The notes under the pieces: generated by a model
Databases searched by the model: none
What the model was told of the DNA's origin: nothing
What the model saw: only the letters and a program-made list of their open reading frames with translations
Shown: positions 56,501 to 64,000 of the stretch, one piece after another
How positions within the stretch are numbered: the stretch's first letter is position 1
Layout of the letters: each line of letters begins with the position of its first letter
Made by a program: the position numbers and the translations under genes
Source: Trypanosoma brucei
Lineage: Eukaryota
Direction: 5' to 3'
Length of the DNA: 64,000 nt
Assembly: GCA_000002445.1 (NCBI GenBank)
Contig: AL929603.2
Location: forward strand, 448,001-512,000

Positions 56501-59500
56501 AGCTGTGCTTCTGAAATACAAGGACGTTGCATTGGAGTTGTATGCGCCGGTGGCAGTGGCTCTCCGCGCAAGTACCGCCTCGCCTCTCAGTCACGCAGCA
56601 ATCGGTGTTTTAGTGTGTATGCATGAAATCGGGGCATCACCGTTGAACTGGGATGCTCGTCAGTTGCATGAATTGTTGCAGTCCGTCACCGCAGTATACA
56701 TCGAGGCGGCAAACAGCACGGAGGAGGAACTGGGGCGGGCACTCACACTCTTTGGGCAAATTGGTGCGGTAGACCCGGCCACAAAACCTGATACAGCCGC
56801 GATGAAAAAGAAAGATGATGAGGCGGCGATTCAAGATGAAGCGGACCTTGAGCTTACCTATGACTATACAAAGATTGTTTACCGCAACCTAAGTCGCATG
56901 CTAGACCTGAGCTTGTCGGAAAGCGTGTGTGTGCAGTCGATGTGCACATTATTGCATCTTGTGAGGCTCACTACCGACCGAAAGGAACTGATTGGTGGAA
57001 TGCACGCCATAAAGGCGATTCTTCAAATTGCCAGACGCGCCAATGATGCTCCTTTGCTTCGGATTGAAGCGCTCCACATACTAGCAGCCATAACTTCGCT
57101 GAGGCACGAGAAGGTGTGCAAAACGCTTTTGCCGGAGCTGGTTACGCTGTTCGAGCAGCTGTGGTATCCCCAAGACCATGCACTCTTTCGCGCAGTTCTC
57201 AACCTCGTTAGCGCGCTGAAACCAGGAAACCTGACAGGAAAAGAGCAATCGGAGGTTTGGCCGTGGTTGTACCCGCGCCTTGTGGACGTTGCCCTCCAGG
57301 ACCATACGGAAACCCGCGAGTTCTGCCTTCGTGTGGTGGGAATCATCCAGCACGCCAAGTATATCCCACCTCACTGTATTCCTATCGTGTTTCCTATGCT
57401 CACGCAGTTTGTTCAGCAAATGGATCAGTTGGCGGAGCTGCGCTCTCTTTCGCTCTGTGCGGCAATCCGAATCGTATGCAACCTTCAGGCAGTGCAGCAC
57501 CTACCCTCGCTGATGCACACTATCTGCACCCTTACGCGTCACTGTGACCTTACTGAGAACCTCGGGCCCCGCCTCTCCACACCGACGCTACATAGGTCGT
57601 TGAGGCTCCTTTCGAACACACATCCGAACGGTGAAGCGGATGTCAACGCACTGTGTGAGCGGTTGTGTGCCACAGGGAGTGAGGGAAGTGCGGATGCAGG
57701 TGGTTGTTTCACGAATGAAGGAGGCGAGACCTTGCCGACGTCAACACAGCCAAACTCGTCTTTCCATTGTGGTAACGGTGATTACGCGTCTGCACCATAT
57801 CTTGGGCAGTACACTCAAAAATGCCAGCAGCAACAGCAAGGGGGGACATATTTAGACCCCAACGACGACGAAGCGTACGATACGCTGCCGCAGGGTCAGC
57901 AGGACATAACGGCATTTATGAAGCATGTAGAATTTGGGCTCCGAGCAAAGGATAACAAGTGGCGCGAATGGTTCGCAGAGTTTCAGAAGAACATGATAGT
58001 TGCCTCTCCGCACCCCGTCTTCCGTATTATGGTAGACCTCTTTGATAAGCACGAACCATTGAGGCGAAAGCTGTTCCATCCATCCTTTAAGTGTTTCTAC
58101 GAGTCGCTGAATGCCGAGCATATGAAGAAGGTGAAAGATGTTCTCAACCTTGCCCTCAGGTCAAGTGATACCGAGGTTGTGTCCAAGTGCATTGGGCTTG
58201 CGGACTACCTCGACCATAACCCACCGAACATAAGTGAGTCCGTGCTACAACAACTGCGTCATCTGGAGGGCAATGAGCCTATGGATGTGGGTAAGTTCAC
58301 TAAACATAGCAATTTGCACGTCGGCAACGTGATTGCTGGAAGTAGAAGTCCAACACCCGCCTGTCGTCACGAACCTGGGGGGTATTACGCCTCCCACCAC
58401 GGCCAGCTTTACAGAAATATCAGTGATAACTATAATTTTGAGTCTGTGTTGCACTCACTCAATTCACCCAAAACAGAAGGGCCCGTTTTCAACGAAGGCG
58501 TACGTCCGCCTTCTCATAAGGTTCAGGATGTGGGTAACGGAGAGCATGAAGTCACTGACAACGGGGGGACCGACAGTGGATGTGGCGTTGAGCGGAATGG
58601 TAAGGAAGGTAGAAGTGAGAGTGAAAGTGGTGACGTCAATGGAAGCGCTCGCCGCCAGACCATGTTACCTGTGGCCAAGTCAATTGAGGGTGATACCAAC
58701 GAGGGTCTAAGTTTTCTCGCTGGGCCAGTCGCGAGGCGCATAACGGTATCCGCACATCACACCACAAACGTTAATGCATCCGATGGCACTTGCCCCAACA
58801 CCGGCGATGCAGAGGTTCACATTCGTGCCACAGCCATACCCAGCACAGTCAACCCACTGTTTACAAACGATAGCCTCGTAGAGGCTGCCCTTCGGACGCG
58901 GATGCCTGACAAGGCTATGAGTTATCTTGAGAACAAGTTACTCCCAGTTATGCAGAAGTATCGCTACGCCCACAGCGTACCTAAGGAGGCTGTGCAGGCA
59001 GTCGTCCTCCCACTCGCCTCTCTCTACAGTCGGCTCGAAATGCAGGACTCAGTGGTCGGGCTTTTCCACGCGATGCGTTACAAAAGCGATAATGAAGACG
59101 GGTTTGCCTATGAGTTATTGCAGTGGTGGGATGTGGCACAAGGCGTGTATGCAACCAAGGTACATGATTGCTGTGGAAGTTCGGCTCGTGATATTGATGG
59201 TTACGTGAGGATGCTTTGTCTGTGTGGAGAGTGGGAGCGCGCTCTGCAGGTCGTGAAGGACACCTACAAATCCCTCGACCAACCATCGTCCACCATTGCG
59301 CAGTCGGGTGCGATGGCAGCGTGGATCCTTGGTAAATGGGATGACGTGAAAATGTTGATAGAGCGGCTTCCAAACAAAGAGAAGGGAAATATTACGCTTC
59401 GACACTTCTTTCAAAACGCCACGCTTTTCCACCAAGAGTTCGGTTGCCGGGCACAATGGGATTGTGGGGTTCAGGACGGGCAGAGGCGCTTGGAGACTTC

Positions 59501-62264
59501 GCCCCAGGTAGAAGCCCTCCGCGCGTCTATCATGCGGGCGAAGATGGAGGTAGATGAGAGCCTTAAAACGTTGTTGCCACTCAGTTACGCGCACGCATAC
59601 GAAAATCTCACCATGTTGCAGCACTTCACCGAAATGGAGGAGCACATTGCCTACATGGAGTCGCGAACGGAGGAGTTTCGGGGCCAACTTCGGGAGCGTT
59701 GGAACCGTCGCTTCGCTGCACTGAAGCCGGATTCGCTTATGCCCAACCTACGCTCCCTTATGCTCCACTCGCTTGTGCTAAATGCGAGTGAAATGTCCGT
59801 GATGGTTGTCAACTTCTGTGAGCGGACTGGGACGAATTACCCTCAACTGTCAAAATGGGCTATGGAGTGGCTTAAGCAAGGCAAGTTTCCTCGTGCCAAT
59901 CATTTAAGTCAGTCGTGTCACGTACTCCCTGCTACTCCGGTCAGTTTAGAGCCGTGTGTGGCCATAACATACATTGGCCAAGTGTGGAGTGGCGGTCAGC
60001 GGCAAAAGGCAGTGCAACTGATGGAGAATTTCCTGGAGGAAACGCATTCTACACTGGAAGAGCAGCAGCCAGCTGCCTATGGTGTCGCGCAACTTCGTTT
60101 AGGTATGTGGAAGCAGGAGATGTTTGCAGATTCTTTTTGGAAGGTTGAACACCGCCAGGAAGTTTTACGGCACTTCCATGAGGCGGTACGCGCCGTGCCC
60201 GGAAGCTGTGAGGCGTGGCATAGTTGGGGGTTAATGAACTACCGAGTGCAGCAACGCGATTGCTCACTATCTCGTTATGAGCAGCGCCTCTTCGTCGAAG
60301 CCGCGCATCAGGGGTTTGTTGCGGCTATCTGCCGCAGTGCAAGTCCCTCTACTGCTCTTCCTGGCGTGATGCGTCTGCTTCAGTTGTGGGTTTTCCATAA
60401 TGGAATGTCATTACTGAAGGAATCGGTGGCAGACAGCGTCGCCCGAATCCCCACTGATTATTGGGTACAGGCAATTCCGCAGCTGATCGGTCACTTGCGC
60501 AGCGCAAGCCACGATGTACGTGACGTTGTGAGTATGATTCTTCAACGACTGTGTGTTGCACATTCCCAAGCTGTTGTTTTTCCGCTGTTAGTTGTGCTTA
60601 TGTCCGCTGATGGCGGTGGAGGGGAGACGCACTCTCGTCGGAAGGAGTTGGCGCGATCCATCATTAACAATCTTCCGAAGCGCATCCGCGCTGAGGCGGA
60701 GTTAGTAGCCACCCTCTTAATTAATGCATCGGCGACTCCCATTGAACGGATAGGGGAAAGTCTCAGTGCGGTGGCGACGGCATGGAACCCGAACGCAGAG
60801 TACGAAGAAGACAAGGAAGAGGTACGACGAAAACTAAGATATGTGCTTGATGTGTTCAATACTAACCGGCGTCAGCTGCTCTACAACGTGGGTGATATTG
60901 GCCAGTATGTGAGGATTGTCATGGAAGAGGACGCGTGCGGCCGCAGGGAGAAGGCAAGTGGCATTCTCACCCAACTAGTGGAAGAAATCACGAAGCACAT
61001 TTCGGAGAAACTGGGAAAAGAGCCTCAGAAGGCGATGGAACCGCTACTGAACCTCCGCAATCTTTCAATAGCAGTGTTTGGAGAGTATGATATTCAGTAC
61101 ACCAACTTTCCTACTATCGCGTCGTTTAGTTCAAAGCTTGATGTTATTCCCTCTAAGAAGCGTCCACGCCGCATCCGCCTCAGCGGCTCTAACGGTTGCA
61201 TGTACACATATTGCCTGAAGGGAAATGAAGATATACGTATGGATGAACGGGTCATGCAACTGTTTGGTATGGTGAATGTTCTATTAAGTGATGCCAAAAC
61301 CGCGAAGAGTGCATTCATACACCGCTTCCCAGTAATCCCCATCAGTGATAACGTTGGCCTGCTCGGTTGGGTAGAGCACGCGAACACCATCAACAATACC
61401 ATCTGTACTCACCGCAACACCATTTCAAAGGTACGAACGCATCATGAGTCCAACACCCTTAGGGCCTATGTTGAAACCATCGGGAGTTGGGAGAAACTCA
61501 GCATGATACGTCGCACAGAAATACTGGACTACGTCATGTCGCAGAAGGATTGTGAAGCAGTGGATGTTGCGCGTGCCATGTGGCATCGGTCAAATACAGC
61601 GGAGCAATGGTTGGAGCGCCGCACGGCCTTCACGCAGTCGTTGGCCACCATGTCGATGGTTGGTTACGTGCTTGGGCTTGGGGATCGTCATCTGGGCAAC
61701 ATTCTCCTTTCGATGTCCACTGGAAAAATCGTACACATCGACTTTGGTGACAGCTTTGATGTCGGTCGGTTGCGCCATGTACTTCCAGAAACCGTTCCAT
61801 TCCGGCTCACGCGCATGCTAACGAATGCAATGGAAGTGTTTGGTGTGGACGGTGTTTTCCGCGCCTCATGCAACCGCACACAGTCAACGCTGCACAAGAA
61901 CGCAGACAGTATCATGGCGCTTCTCACCGCTTTCGTACACGACCCCATTGTTCAGCACAAGGGGAAAATGCGGAACATGATGGAGAAGAGCCGCACCCCG
62001 CAGAACATTGTAGAGCGCATACGTAACAAACTTCGTGGGACGGAAATGGCGGTGAGGAATGCTGATACGGTGATATTTAACACGGTACTGGAGAGTTCAC
62101 GAAGGCCGGACCTTCTCTACATGTCACATGCCTTCAATGATGTTGCGAAGCGGACGGTGGTGAATGGACGGACAACAGAGGAGCAGGTGTCGATGTTAAT
62201 TGATGAGGCGACGCGATTGGAGAATTACGCCGCGCTCTACTTTGGATGGGGACCGCTGTGGTGA
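53553..62264 (+). CDS. TOR: Target-of-rapamycin (TOR) family PIKK kinase of 2903 aa, with HEAT repeats, a FAT region, a PI3K-like catalytic domain and FATC. A TOR4-type paralog is likely.
   Basis: Catalytic motifs are '[24 protein letters not shown]' (mTOR [24 protein letters not shown]), '[28 protein letters not shown]' (mTOR [28 protein letters not shown]) and the FATC end '[10 protein letters not shown]' (mTOR CYIGWCPFW). The FAT region contains '[12 protein letters not shown]' (mTOR AWHAWAVMNFEAV). Confidence 0.95.
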   Translation: [2903 protein letters not shown]

Positions 62265-62704
62265 AGGGGACCTTGCTGCAACTATGTGCACACTTATATT
62301 ATTTCACTTAGTGTAAATATATATATATATATTTATTTATTTATTTGTATACCTCAGTGCTTATTTCGTGCCCTTATCCTGCTCCCTTACGGTCACCTTA
62401 CAGAGAAAAATAAAATTAAAATAAACCAATGATCCAATAAACAATAACAAAACGCATTAGTTACCCCCTCTTTCCCGCTTCGATTTTCGCTGTTTCTTTT
62501 TTTTTCCTTTTGTTTTTTGGGGGTTTTGGGGGTTTTTTCATCACCCCCAACCCCTATCTTCCTGTATTTCATTATTATTACTATCACTGCAGTTCATGAA
62601 GTGTTTGTGGGCGCTGTTATCATTATGGTCCTTTTTTGTTTGTTTGTTTGATTGTTGTTGTCGCTGATGGTGTTCCTCATGTTGATTGAAACTCGCCCCT
62701 GTGC

Positions 62705-62757
62705 ATGTGTGTGTGTGTGTGTGTGTGTGTGTTTGTTTGTTTGTTTGTTTGTTTGTT
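62705..62757. repeat. (GT)n of about 14 copies immediately followed by (GTTT)n of about 7 copies, in the TOR 3' flank.
   Basis: Seen directly in the sequence. Confidence 0.95.
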
Positions 62758-64000
62758 TTTTTTAACCTCATCCAATTTCCCCACTACTGATGCTGCTGTT
62801 GCTAATAATAATAACAATAACAGTAATAATATCATCATTATTATTAAGAAATTATTCCTCTTTTTTCCCCTCCTTTTTGAGTCTTATTTTCTTTTCTATG
62901 AAGGAGAAAAGAAGAGAGACTTTTTTTGGAGTTACGGCAGAGGTAAAGTAAGTGGATGATTGAAGTGGGAAGGAGGGGTTGTTATTGACCTTTTTCTTTT
63001 TTTAAAAAAAAAAAAGACGAGAAAAAAAATATATATATATATATATATGTCACCGTTGTTCTTCAACCTTTGTTTTGTTACAAATCCTTCTTGTTTTCTT
63101 TTTGTTACCTCTTTCTTTATTTCTCTCCCTCTCTCTTCCTTCTCCCTAACGCGCGAACACAAACAGTTCTCAAACCTTCTGTTCCTTCCCTTTATCTCAT
63201 TACCCTTCTTTCTTTTTCTTTTTGTTTTGTATTTTGTTTTATTTTTATTCTCCCCTTAACTGTCTACCCTTTCTTGTTTTGATTCCATTTTATATATCAC
63301 AGCGCTCATATATTTACACCCAATACACGCAACTCTGCGCATTTCTCATACACGTACGTAGATATATTAAGGGAGAAAAAGTAAAAATAAAAATAAAAAA
63401 GAGAAAGACAAAGACAAAGAAGGGGACGAAGGGACTACTTTAAAAAAAAAAAAAGTAATAATAACAAAAACGAAATTAAGAAGATGAAGACGATGAAAAT
63501 GAAAATGAGCGAAACGTAATTCCTCCAAACGGGACCACTAACGCCAGGGAATACACGCAATAAAAACAACAACAAAAAAACAAAAACGAAAATACAAAGT
63601 CAAAACTCAACTCAGGTGCATGCGGACGCGGAAGGGTCAAAAAAAAAAAAGGCAAATCAAATCAAATCAAAATGGTGAAAAAGTGGTACGAGAGCACTTC
63701 GGAAAATTTGCTGCCGATGATTTATTTATATTTCCCCTCAGACAAGGAAGGAAAAAGAAATTAAGGAGTAGAATGAAGTGGAATGGAATGCTGGAAGTGT
63801 CGGACTTCATTTTTTCTTTAAAAAAAAAACAAAACAACTTAGCAAAACAAACGAACAAACAAAATCAGAAATATGCTCCAATAAATATAAGAGCGTCTAC
63901 AAGCAAAAAAAAAAAGAAAGAAAGAAATGGAAAGCAGTTAAGCGGAACCCCCAAAAATTGTTAGGTAAAATTTTTTAAAAAAAATAGGAAAAGCAATGAG

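Noticed and set aside
1-64000. Search for a prokaryotic-style defence or novel operon system (CRISPR, toxin-antitoxin, restriction-modification, retron and similar).
   Set aside because: The sequence is eukaryotic and kinetoplastid-like. It has 1-4 kb AT-rich spacers, poly-Y/AG splice signals, no Shine-Dalgarno-spaced overlapping genes and no direct-repeat/spacer arrays, and it carries typically eukaryotic TOR, MORN and GATOR2-like proteins. The PIN-domain pair is the closest thing to a nuclease system, and it is reported above as a paralog pair only.

Overview
This window is almost certainly nuclear DNA from a trypanosomatid, most consistent with an African trypanosome (Trypanosoma brucei group). 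The evidence is a strictly one-strand gene array (every credible gene is on +), AT-rich low-complexity intergenic spacers, and polypyrimidine tracts followed by AG in front of each ORF, as expected for trans-splicing. Two genes also point the same way: a CQFC-active-site dithiol glutaredoxin and a TOR-family PIKK lying in the same gene array. Within this window there is no sign of bacterial or phage architecture, CRISPR, rRNA genes or mobile elements.

Contents in order:
- 1-14853: the 3' part of a giant acidic protein gene. About 115 near-identical 123-bp (41-aa) tandem repeats run into a compositionally distinct C-terminal domain.
- 15474-16886: a disordered, basic, S/T/P/K-rich hypothetical protein.
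- 18913-19236: a 2-Cys glutaredoxin with a CQFC active site.
- 20160-20879 and 22272-23417: two adjacent, divergent PIN-domain paralogs.
- 26175-27821 and 31794-33677: two low-complexity hypothetical proteins that share one conserved 15-residue motif.
- 36190-40521: a large WD40 protein with a C-terminal RING/zinc-ribbon of the 'CGHGGH' type, candidate SEA/GATOR2-like.
- 41019-44543: an RFC1/Elg1(ATAD5)-like AAA+ ATPase carrying a roughly 48-residue poly-Ser microsatellite.
- 45786-49577: a MORN-repeat protein.
- 50194-51519: a hypothetical 441-aa protein.
- 53553-62264: a 2903-aa TOR kinase with HEAT/FAT, PI3K-like catalytic and FATC regions, probably a TOR4-type paralog.

The most interesting items are the higher-order (40-unit, 4920-bp) substructure of the giant repeat array, the candidate GATOR2/SEA-like RING protein two genes upstream of TOR, the PIN-domain gene pair, and the motif shared by two otherwise unrelated hypothetical proteins. 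All assignments come from reading motifs in the supplied translations. No database search was possible.
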